Of a stretch of DNA of 28,965 nt, positions 8,679-16,764 are shown piece by piece. The notes beneath the pieces are model-generated. The model did no database searches and was not told where the DNA came from. It saw nothing but the letters and a program-made list of their open reading frames with translations. Within the stretch, counting starts at the first letter, position 1; the number at the start of each line of letters is the position of its first letter. The position numbers and the translations under genes were made by a program. The stretch covers positions 1 through 28,965 of the forward strand of contig MHBF01000149.1 in assembly GCA_001803225.1 (NCBI GenBank), in the 5' to 3' direction. The stretch comes from Lentisphaerae bacterium GWF2_44_16 (GTDB taxonomy: Bacteria; Verrucomicrobiota; Lentisphaeria; Victivallales; GWF2-45-14).

Positions 8679-10154
8679 ATGAGTATTAACGGATTTGTGA
8701 AATCAATACAAAACATTATGAGAGGAGATAGCGGTATCAATGGCGATGCGCAACGCATCGAACAAATGACCTCGCTTCTCTTTTTGAAAGTCTATGATGT
8801 CAAAGAAGGGGATTGGGAGTTTCATGATGAAAACTATGTATCCATCATTCCAGAAAAACTGAGATGGCGGAATTGGGCAAAGGACAAAAAAGACGGAAAA
8901 GCAATGACGGGGCAAACACTGCTTGATTTCGTCAATAATGAGCTGTTTCCGTCGATTAAGGAACTCAAGATTACCGAGAGCACACCCATTAAGAAAGCCA
9001 TTGTCAAGGCCGTTTTTGAGGATAGCAACCAATACATGAAAGATGGAGTTCTCTTACGGAAAGTTGTTAACGAGATCGATTCAATCGAATTTGACGAGTA
9101 TAACGAAAAACACGCATTTGGTGAAATCTACGAAACCATTCTCAAGAGCCTTCAGAACGCAGGAAATGCAGGCGAATTCTATACTCCGCGTGCGGTAACT
9201 GATTTCATGGTCAAAATGATTGAACCGAAACTTGGCGAGAGAATCGCTGATTTTGCCTGTGGAACCGGCGGATTTTTGACATCATCGCTTAAGGTTCTTG
9301 AAGAACAAAAAAAGACGGTAACCGACATCGATTTATATAATCAAAGTGTCTTCGGAATTGAAAAAAAGCCACTTCCCTATTTGCTTGCAATAACAAACAT
9401 GCTTCTCCATGATATTGATAGTCCCCAAATATTCCACGGCAATTCTCTTGAACGAAATGTTCGGGAATATCAAGAAAACGAAAAGTTCGACGTTATTCTG
9501 ATGAATCCTCCTTATGGTGGAACAGAAAGCGAAAGCGTCAAAATGAATTTTCCAACCGATCTTCGCAGTAGCGAGACGGCCGACCTCTTTATGTCTCTTA
9601 TAATGTATCGTCTAAGGAAAAACGGAAGAGCTGCTGTCATTATTCCTGATGGGTTTCTATTTGGAACGGACAACGCAAAGTCAGCAATTAAAAAGAAATT
9701 GCTTGAAGAATTCAATTTGCACACAGTCGTTCGAATGCCTTCAAGCGTCTTTTCGCCCTATACACCCATCACAACAAATATCCTCTTTTTCGATAATTCA
9801 AAGAAGACCGATCAGGTATGGTTTTATCGTGTAGATATGCCAAAAGGATATAAGCACTTCTCAAAAACAAAACCCATGAAGGTTGATCATTTTGATGAAT
9901 GTGTTAGTTGGTGGAATAATCGAGAACAAAAAAAAGACAGTGTATCCGACGCACTCAAGGCTCAAGTATATAGCGTTTCAGAAATAATTGACAGAAGCTA
10001 TGATATCGATCTTTGTGGATATCCAACCATAGGAGAGGAAATTTTTTCGCCGGAAGAGACAATTCGACTTTTTCACGAAAAAAGAGATTCGCTAAATACG
10101 AAAATTGACAAAAGATTAGCAGAGATTGAAACTCTTTTGGGGCTGAAAAAGTGA
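8679..10154 (+). CDS. hsdM: Type I restriction-modification N6-adenine DNA methyltransferase (HsdM).
   Basis: Strong RBS AGGGAGG precedes the ATG. AdoMet-binding motif FACGTGGFL and catalytic NPPYGG. HsdM N-terminal domain. Its stop overlaps the hsdS GTG start. Confidence 0.92.
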   Translation: MSINGFVKSIQNIMRGDSGINGDAQRIEQMTSLLFLKVYDVKEGDWEFHDENYVSIIPEKLRWRNWAKDKKDGKAMTGQTLLDFVNNELFPSIKELKITESTPIKKAIVKAVFEDSNQYMKDGVLLRKVVNEIDSIEFDEYNEKHAFGEIYETILKSLQNAGNAGEFYTPRAVTDFMVKMIEPKLGERIADFACGTGGFLTSSLKVLEEQKKTVTDIDLYNQSVFGIEKKPLPYLLAITNMLLHDIDSPQIFHGNSLERNVREYQENEKFDVILMNPPYGGTESESVKMNFPTDLRSSETADLFMSLIMYRLRKNGRAAVIIPDGFLFGTDNAKSAIKKKLLEEFNLHTVVRMPSSVFSPYTPITTNILFFDNSKKTDQVWFYRVDMPKGYKHFSKTKPMKVDHFDECVSWWNNREQKKDSVSDALKAQVYSVSEIIDRSYDIDLCGYPTIGEEIFSPEETIRLFHEKRDSLNTKIDKRLAEIETLLGLKK

Positions 10155-11629
10155 TAGCGTCATCATTGAAAAAATCAGCAATTCAAGCCGCGATTAAGGG
10201 AAAAACGACTCATCAACTTTCAACTGATGGAAATGCAAATGAATTGTTGACCAAAGTGAAAAATGAAATAATGCTTTTGGCGATGAGAAAGGATATAAAA
10301 AAGCCGAAAATAATGCCTCCAATTTCGGAAGAAGAGATTCCTTTTGAAATTCCAAACAATTGGCTTTGGGTCCGTTTGGGTGAAGTATCTTTCAATCATG
10401 GACAAGTCACCCCTTTTTGCGAATTTACTTATATTGATATTTCGTCAATTGATAATTTGAATAATCGCCTTGGAAATATGACTACGATGAAACCGGAAAA
10501 TGCTCCATCACGAGCGCGAAAAATTGTGGTTGGAGGCGATGTAATTTACTCAACCGTAAGACCATATTTGCACAATATTTGTGTAATTGATAATAATATT
10601 AACCCGAGTCCAATTGCAAGCACGGGATTTTCTGTGATTTGTACGCCCTTTGAAATATTGAATATATACCTATTCTATGTTTTTTTATCGCCGATGTTTG
10701 ATAATTATGCGAATGACTTAGAAAATTCTAAGGGGGTAGCATACCCGGCGATAAATGATGATAAGTTTCAAAAAAGCTTAATTCCGCTTCCTCCACTTGC
10801 TGAACAATACCGAATCGTCCAACAATTAAAAGAGTTGTTGCCCAATCTAGAAAAACTTGAAAAGGACGAGATAAAGCTTGATGAATTGCAACAGCAATTC
10901 TCGATACAGATTAAGCAATCAATACTTCATCACGCAATCCAAGGAAAACTTACAATTCAATCTCTTGAGGACGGGAACGCAAAATTACTTGTCGATAAAA
11001 TACGAACTACTAGGAAAAAAAAGATTAATGAAGAAAAAGACCAAAATAAAACTTTGTTTTCGGCGATTTCGGAGGATGAAATTCCGTTTGAAATCCCTGA
11101 TAATTGGTGCTGGATTCGACTAGGTGAGATAGTGAAGATTATAGGAGGAACCTCTTACAATAAATCCCAAGAATCATCCCATGGAATTAGAGTTATTCGA
11201 GGGGGCAATATTATTCAGGGGGAATCTGAATTAGCAATTAAGGATGATGATATTTTTGTTGACCAAGTACTATTTGATTTTCAAAAACAAATTCAACTGA
11301 ATGATATTATTGTTGTTTCTTCTACCGGAAGCAAACAAGTAATAGGAAAAGCAGCAATTGTGAAAGAAGAGGTTGAAAATTGCCAAATCGGAGCATTTCT
11401 AAGGATTATTCGATCATACTCTCCGGAGGTTGTACCGTATATCTCATTGATATTCCAGTCAAATTATTATAGGGAGAGAATTCGTGATTTAATTTCCGGA
11501 ACAAATATTTTTAATATAAAGAATGATTTTTTTTCTTCAATGCCAATTCCACTCCCCCCTCTAGCCGAGCAAATCAGAATCGTTGAAAAGAATAGTGCCA
11601 TTCAATTTGTAATTCAGCAAATAAGCTAG
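10151..11629 (+). CDS. hsdS: Type I restriction-modification specificity subunit (HsdS) with two target-recognition domains.
   Basis: GTG start overlaps the hsdM stop (GTGA). Two TRDs, each followed by a conserved helical repeat (IPLPPLAEQYRIV... and PIPLPPLAEQIRIV...). EIPFEIPxNWxWxRLGE is duplicated at the start of each TRD. Confidence 0.85.
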   Translation: MIASSLKKSAIQAAIKGKTTHQLSTDGNANELLTKVKNEIMLLAMRKDIKKPKIMPPISEEEIPFEIPNNWLWVRLGEVSFNHGQVTPFCEFTYIDISSIDNLNNRLGNMTTMKPENAPSRARKIVVGGDVIYSTVRPYLHNICVIDNNINPSPIASTGFSVICTPFEILNIYLFYVFLSPMFDNYANDLENSKGVAYPAINDDKFQKSLIPLPPLAEQYRIVQQLKELLPNLEKLEKDEIKLDELQQQFSIQIKQSILHHAIQGKLTIQSLEDGNAKLLVDKIRTTRKKKINEEKDQNKTLFSAISEDEIPFEIPDNWCWIRLGEIVKIIGGTSYNKSQESSHGIRVIRGGNIIQGESELAIKDDDIFVDQVLFDFQKQIQLNDIIVVSSTGSKQVIGKAAIVKEEVENCQIGAFLRIIRSYSPEVVPYISLIFQSNYYRERIRDLISGTNIFNIKNDFFSSMPIPLPPLAEQIRIVEKNSAIQFVIQQIS

Positions 11630-11673
11630 CGTTTTTGCCGTACCTTCTTCATTCGATAAAAGGAGTATTACAT

Positions 11674-12576
11674 ATGACCAGTAAAGAAAGCCCAGAATCC
11701 TTAATTAAATTAGACCCAAAGATTTTCTCTTCCGCCCATATAAACTTCTTTTTAGGTGCGGGAGTAAACGGATCATCATTTCCACAAATGTCTGGTTTTA
11801 AGGAAACATTGAGCAAAGCTGTTGAATATTTGGGTAAACCAATTGTGAGTTTTGAATCCGATATAGAGAGTCTATCCGAAGGCAAAAAGAAAGTCGTATT
11901 AAACGTTTTCAAAAAGGAACTAGAGAAGTTCTCAAACGATATTGACTTTGAATCAGCGTCAATAAAAGATATTGAGTCAATGTTTCAAGGTGTGAATTCT
12001 CTCATTCTTGAGTCCGAAAACAGAACACTGACAATGAAACAGGTAAATATCTATACGACTAATTATGATTGTATAGTTGAAAAAACTCTTAATAAAATTG
12101 GATTATTATGTAATGTTCTGTCTTCGAGCAATCTTGAAAGCCGAGACAAGTTTTTTGAGTTAATTGGGTATGACTACGGGATAAAAAAATACATTCCGAC
12201 TTTTTTGGTTTCTAAAATTCACGGAGACATCGATAATCCCGTTTTACCTAGCAAAAACAAGTATGATGAAGCGTTGGAAGCAAAACGATTTGAGATTTTA
12301 TTCAGAATGAAGTCACAATTGTCACGTTTCAATTCGGTACTTATTGTTATTGGTTATTCGGGAAATGATAGACACATTAATGGTATTATTAAAGATTGTC
12401 TTTCATTTGGATTAACAGTTTATTGGTTTAGGTATGCTTCGACAGAGAAAATACCAGATGAATTTATTCAAAAAATCTTCATCATCGATCAACCAGACCA
12501 ACAAAAACAGGAAAACACGACAAAACTATTCTGTGATATGGTGAATAAAACATGGGAAAAACCGTTGGAAGAATAA
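11674..12576 (+). CDS. SIR2-like (SIR2_2 family) NADase-type protein, the Sir2 component of the Sir2-HerA defense system.
   Basis: AAAGGAG RBS sits 6 nt upstream of ATG 11674. The track's upstream TTG start at 11635 is rejected. Motifs FFLGAGVNGSSFP, TTNYDCIVE and KIHGDID match the SIR2-like Gly-rich/N-D/H catalytic pattern. The stop overlaps the herA start by 25 nt. Confidence 0.75.
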   Translation: MTSKESPESLIKLDPKIFSSAHINFFLGAGVNGSSFPQMSGFKETLSKAVEYLGKPIVSFESDIESLSEGKKKVVLNVFKKELEKFSNDIDFESASIKDIESMFQGVNSLILESENRTLTMKQVNIYTTNYDCIVEKTLNKIGLLCNVLSSSNLESRDKFFELIGYDYGIKKYIPTFLVSKIHGDIDNPVLPSKNKYDEALEAKRFEILFRMKSQLSRFNSVLIVIGYSGNDRHINGIIKDCLSFGLTVYWFRYASTEKIPDEFIQKIFIIDQPDQQKQENTTKLFCDMVNKTWEKPLEE

Positions 12577-14306
12577 TTGAGGTCAAAGGATTGTCGGTCA
12601 AAGCAAGGCTTAACGAATTGCTTCCTCCATATTTAGTTAAAAATGGCTCATACGAGAATTCGCCTAAAATAAACGGATTCCTGAAATCAAAAGTCGGCCT
12701 AGATACGATAATTTGTCAAGTGGTCGGGGAAATAAGTGAAGAGAAAAACGGAATAGTTGAAGGACATGTACTTGAACTTCAAGTTAAGGGATACATATCT
12801 GGAAAATCATTCATTCAAGGGTTAAGAATGCTACCTATCGTCTCTGCTTCTGTACAACTGCTTGATGATGTTGATATGTTGTCTATTTATAACGACAAAG
12901 CCGAGAAAACCATTGATATTGGTAACGATTTATTCGATATAAACAAACCAATCAAAGTCAATATTGATAACTTGATACCGTCCCATATAGGAGTATTCGG
13001 TAACACGGGATCAGGAAAGTCGAACACTCTGACAAGAATACTTCGAGAATATGAAAGTATTATATGTCAATCCAAAACCAATAGAGGAAAATTCATTGTT
13101 TTTGACATAAATAATGAGTATACAAAAAACGCGATTTGTGATGAAAGCAAAAAAACAATTTATCGATTAAAGACCCGCTCAAACAGCGGAGACAAAGTCC
13201 CGTTAAACATCACCTCTTTGACGGAAGACAACTTTGTTGTGCTTATGAATGCCTCTGAAAAAACTCAAGTTCCTGCAATTAAAAATGCGTATAAATGGGC
13301 TTTTGCGAGCGACGAAGATCGACGAGAAAAATCGTATTACCTTAATCAAGTCAAATCTATGCTGACCAATGCTAAAAAGTCTTTGTTTAATTCCATGAGG
13401 CACTATCTGAAAGACTATTTTTCAAACATTGATCATTTTAAGTATCACACATTACAAAATAATTTCTTTTTTGATGATGGACACTCGCGAATATACATAG
13501 AAAACTCTCTTTTTAATGTGATGCTTAATTCAATTGATCTTGATTTGCCAATCGAGCCACTTGACAGATTCATATTTGAATTGTATTTTGCAGTCGCTCA
13601 AGAAAACGAAAACGGAGTTCAACTGGACTTCATGATGCCACTCATTTCAAGGGCAAACAAACTTCTTTCTGACTTTAAGAAGGTATTTGATTTTTCCATA
13701 AGATCTGACGACAAGAACATTATTTTCAATAAGAAGAATATTTGCGTTATTCAATTAGGCGATGTAAACAAAGATATGAAAGAGATTATTCCGTCCCTTA
13801 TTTCGAGCACTATCTTCGATTCTTTATCTCAAAAGAAAGATGATAAAGGAGAGATTGTCCAAATAATAAGTATTGTGGTTGATGAAGCTCATAACATACT
13901 GTACGATGAACCCGGGCAGACAGCTTCACATACAAAAGTACTTGAAGTATTTGAAAAAATTGTTAAAGAAGGTCGAAAATTTGGGTGCTTTTTAATGCTT
14001 GCAAGTCAAAGACCAAGCGACATTTCTCAAACCATAATTTCCCAACTTCATAATTACTTTATTCACAAGTTGGTTAACCCCTCTGATATTCAAAAAATTC
14101 GTAAAGCGGTTGCTTACCTTGATGAAAATTCTATGGATTTTCTGACGGTACTTGCACCTGGTGAGTGTATTGTCTCTGGAACGGCATTTCAAATGCCAAC
14201 ATTTCTTTATGTAACTCAAGTCAACTTGGAAAACAGACCTAACAGCGAAAATGTGAAACTCTTTGGAAATAATGGACTATTTATCAGAGACAATGTTGAC
14301 GAATAG
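12552..14306 (+). CDS. herA: HerA-like helicase/ATPase, partner of the SIR2 protein.
   Basis: N-terminal HAS-barrel-like MGKTVGRIIEVKG. Walker A GVFGNTGSGKSNT and Walker B IVVDEAHN. Size about 584 aa. Translationally coupled to the upstream SIR2 gene. Confidence 0.8.
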   Translation: MGKTVGRIIEVKGLSVKARLNELLPPYLVKNGSYENSPKINGFLKSKVGLDTIICQVVGEISEEKNGIVEGHVLELQVKGYISGKSFIQGLRMLPIVSASVQLLDDVDMLSIYNDKAEKTIDIGNDLFDINKPIKVNIDNLIPSHIGVFGNTGSGKSNTLTRILREYESIICQSKTNRGKFIVFDINNEYTKNAICDESKKTIYRLKTRSNSGDKVPLNITSLTEDNFVVLMNASEKTQVPAIKNAYKWAFASDEDRREKSYYLNQVKSMLTNAKKSLFNSMRHYLKDYFSNIDHFKYHTLQNNFFFDDGHSRIYIENSLFNVMLNSIDLDLPIEPLDRFIFELYFAVAQENENGVQLDFMMPLISRANKLLSDFKKVFDFSIRSDDKNIIFNKKNICVIQLGDVNKDMKEIIPSLISSTIFDSLSQKKDDKGEIVQIISIVVDEAHNILYDEPGQTASHTKVLEVFEKIVKEGRKFGCFLMLASQRPSDISQTIISQLHNYFIHKLVNPSDIQKIRKAVAYLDENSMDFLTVLAPGECIVSGTAFQMPTFLYVTQVNLENRPNSENVKLFGNNGLFIRDNVDE

Positions 14307-14397
14307 TAAGTCTGTCTTGCTATGTTTTTTTCACGGTATTCACAAGTCAAAAAACCATATGCCCTTCTTGTCGCATCGAAAACTGCAGTTATAGAAT

Positions 14398-14458
14398 TAT
14401 GTTATTTTGTGACGTTTTTCAACTCGATAATAGCAATATGTCTCTTTGACTTCAACGA
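14398..14458 (+). promoter_or_regulatory. Copy (a) of a roughly 60-bp repeated promoter-like module (ATGTTATTtTgTGACg...AATAGCAAT...CTTTGACTTCAACG).
   Basis: Aligns over its full length with the copies at 16113, 19042 and 19122. Carries a -35-like TTGACA/GTGACG and a -10-like TAGCAAT about 17 nt downstream. The first mobile-element copy begins 73 bp downstream, and the next same-strand gene is the 174-aa ORF at 15379. Confidence 0.4.
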
Positions 14459-14530
14459 TGAGGAGAACCATCGTTTTTCATGTTTCTTCATGACAGACGA
14501 CGCCACATAATGTGGATATATCTTTCTGAT

Positions 14531-15079
14531 TGCATATACCGACCGACTTGAGCCACCGAACCGACGAGGGTTGAGCCACGAGACCGATGGCGTGAGCCAC
14601 AAATTCCATCACATATTCAACGTATTGCATTTTGTGCACAAAGTGCTCGTTGTAATCCTTAGGGAATGTGGCGAACGGATTTGTAGGTTTCTGGTTTTTT
14701 CTATGAGACTGTACTATTTGTATTGAAGATTTTTCTTTATCGATTTGTCTCTATGTTCCAGTCTTTTTGTAGTAAGCTATGCAGAACTGCGTATTATCCA
14801 CGTTTTTGACTTTTTCAACCCTTCGTTTCTGGCACGTCCAACAAAAATTGATACCTTTGTCTTGCGTCCAACGAAGTACATATATCGACGTATTACAGAG
14901 ACTGGTGTGGCAGTTAAGCGTACCCATCATAGTCGACATAAACGTATATATAGGGTAGATGCGAATCAAAAAAATACCCTCCAAAGGGTGGCTCCCACTT
15001 GTCGGATTGATGGCTCATTTTCATCGGAAGGGTGGCTCACTCTCGTCGGTCGGTGGCTCAAAGTGCGTCGGAATATCCA
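14531..15079 (+). mobile_element. 549-bp non-autonomous (MITE-like) transposable element, copy 1, with Tn7/Mu-like ends.
   Basis: Perfect 5-bp direct repeat CTGAT at 14526-14530 and 15080-15084. Termini are 5'-TG...CA-3' with imperfect inverted repeats of about 27 bp (TGCATATACCGACCGACTTGAGCCACC vs TGGATATTCCGACGCACTTTGAGCCACC). Subterminal GTGGCTCA/TGAGCCAC motifs recur with 22-bp period, 3 at the left end and 4 at the right. About 90% identical to the inverted copy at 28277-28836. No intact transposase ORF. Confidence 0.7.
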
Positions 15080-15378
15080 CTGATATTTCTGACAAGTTTC
15101 CAGCTTCTTAATAAGTTGACTAGATGGGTTGCGTTATTCAAAGGCTGTCAGGCATATATCTATAGTATATTTGACGGCTTCCTCAAAGACGATGGCCCTT
15201 CATTCGGGTTTCCATCTTCACTTTGGGGGATGTTGTGTTTCTGGGACTTATGCAGAAAAAAACGATTAGTCAAAATCGCCTCAAGCATCCTTAAAACTAG
15301 AAAATGCACCAAAATCAATAATATGGAAACATAACAATTTCAGTGTTTTTATGATGGCAAGGAGGGCTTTTAGTCTAT

Positions 15379-15903
15379 ATGACATCGGAATCAATACGAG
15401 AGAAGTTGGAGTCCCTAACGAAAGAGGAATTGATTGATCTTTTCACAAATCTTATTCATCAAAACGATACAGTAGAAGCGTTTTTGATGAATCGTCTTTT
15501 TGGTGCGAAGGACAACTATGTAGTGGTTCATAAAAAGATTGAAAAGATGATGTCGAATCAATTTGGCGAATATCAGAAAGCCTTCAAGCTGTTCGATACG
15601 TATATCAAGTCCTCATCAAATTCCACGCATTCGTTGGAGTTGTCATGCGACTTCATGGAGTGGTTGATGGAAGAGGCGGATACGTACTCAGAAACATTTC
15701 CGGACACGTTAATTAAAATCATCACGTACGTTTATGAGATCGGAGTTGTTTTAGCTGCTCAGGTTAAAAATGATAATCAAACAAGACGTTTACATACTAT
15801 CTTGGGAGTGAATCGCTTTGATGAAGATATTAAAGAAACATTAAGCGGAATCTATTATGATTACCTGAATGATCCTGACGACGTTTCCCCGGCGGAGCGA
15901 TGA
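15379..15903 (+). CDS. Hypothetical protein, 174 aa.
   Basis: AAGGAGGG lies upstream of the ATG. The ORF is uninterrupted. No recognisable motif. Promoter module (a) lies upstream at 14398-14458, with the mobile-element copy 1 inserted between the module and the gene. Confidence 0.55.
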   Translation: MTSESIREKLESLTKEELIDLFTNLIHQNDTVEAFLMNRLFGAKDNYVVVHKKIEKMMSNQFGEYQKAFKLFDTYIKSSSNSTHSLELSCDFMEWLMEEADTYSETFPDTLIKIITYVYEIGVVLAAQVKNDNQTRRLHTILGVNRFDEDIKETLSGIYYDYLNDPDDVSPAER

Positions 15904-16112
15904 TGTGTAAGCCTTATATAGGAGGTTTGTATTGTCGAATCGATATTAAGAAAGTGTGTTATTGAGTCGGGGTCATAGCCGGCTCCTGCGTTATTGCCAT
16001 TGAATCGAAGCAATGTAGATCCAAAATACTTATGCTCTTTCTTTACATTTTCCCATTGCTCTCAAACATTTGACCTCTCTGACTTCATCACTATGTATAG
16101 AAATAGAATCAG

Positions 16113-16170
16113 GTTATTTTTCGACATTTTCCAACCCCCAAAAATAGCAATTAACGTCACTGATTTCAAT
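16113..16170 (+). promoter_or_regulatory. Copy (d) of the repeated promoter-like module, upstream of the 139-aa/CHAT operon.
   Basis: GTTATTTTTCGACATTTTCC...AAAATAGCAATTAACGTCACTGATTTCAAT aligns with modules a, b and c. A partial extra copy (TGACCTCTCTGACTTCATCAC) lies at about 16070-16093. Confidence 0.4.
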
Positions 16171-16347
16171 TTAATACTGATATATTCTCTAGCGATATTG
16201 TCACACCTGATTTTCATTAAAGGTTACACCTAAGAAAGAAGAGCTATTATGGCAATTGTAGTATATCTAAAGTCCATTTGACGGCTCCAACTTCTATGAT
16301 GGTACTTTGTTTATTTACATAATATGCAACATATTAGGAGCGCAGTT

Positions 16348-16764
16348 ATGTTGACATGGTTAGGAATAAATATTAAAGGATTAACAATTAGAAATACGGC
16401 GATTGAATACCATAGATTCATTTTACCTTTCTATGAAGAGTGGATGAAAGAAATGTATTCTAAAGGGATTCAGAGCCAGTTGAAAAGCGAGAAAGATTAT
16501 GTCATATCAAAAATCAATGATGACTGGTTTGCAATCTATAACAGTGAAAAAAACGGCTATTTATTAATAGACAATCGAACACGCGAAATATCTTTCACAA
16601 GAAAGCCAAGACTTTTTATTGATACAAGAATTCCAATCAGTGATGTTCCGGAAGCAATAGCCGGTTTTGGGTATGCTATGGAAAAAACAGGGCATAAAGA
16701 TGAAATTCTAGAATGTAGTATCAAAGATGCCATTGAGTACTTAGAAGCAAATAATGAAGAATAA
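16348..16764 (+). CDS. Hypothetical protein, 139 aa, first gene of a two-gene operon with the CHAT protein.
   Basis: TAGGAG RBS sits 7 nt before ATG 16348. The track's 16324 start is less likely. Its stop overlaps the next gene's ATG by 11 nt. No recognisable motif. Confidence 0.55.
   Translation: MLTWLGINIKGLTIRNTAIEYHRFILPFYEEWMKEMYSKGIQSQLKSEKDYVISKINDDWFAIYNSEKNGYLLIDNRTREISFTRKPRLFIDTRIPISDVPEAIAGFGYAMEKTGHKDEILECSIKDAIEYLEANNEE

Noticed and set aside
10151-11629. Internal duplicated segments in hsdS (EIPFEIPxNW... and LPPLAEQ...), considered as a phase-variable shufflon.
   Set aside because: The two copies are diverged at the nucleotide level. There are no inverted partial hsdS' cassettes, and the recombinase is not adjacent to hsdS. 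This is the normal two-TRD HsdS repeat structure.
14540-15060. Regularly spaced GTGGCTCA repeats, considered as a possible CRISPR array or iteron origin.
   Set aside because: The repeat unit is only 8-9 bp with 22-bp phasing. The repeats occur as two inverted subterminal arrays (3 and 4) inside a TG...CA-bounded element with a 5-bp target duplication. That is transposon end architecture, not CRISPR.
14745-15083. Small ORFs inside the mobile element (14745-15083 plus, 14751-14984 minus, 28361-28552, 28566-28904).
   Set aside because: The reading frame is broken differently in the two element copies, so there is no conserved coding capacity. Cys-containing stretches (CHT.LCNTS, CWTCQKRR) could be remnants of an ancestral small protein, but nothing supports a functional gene.
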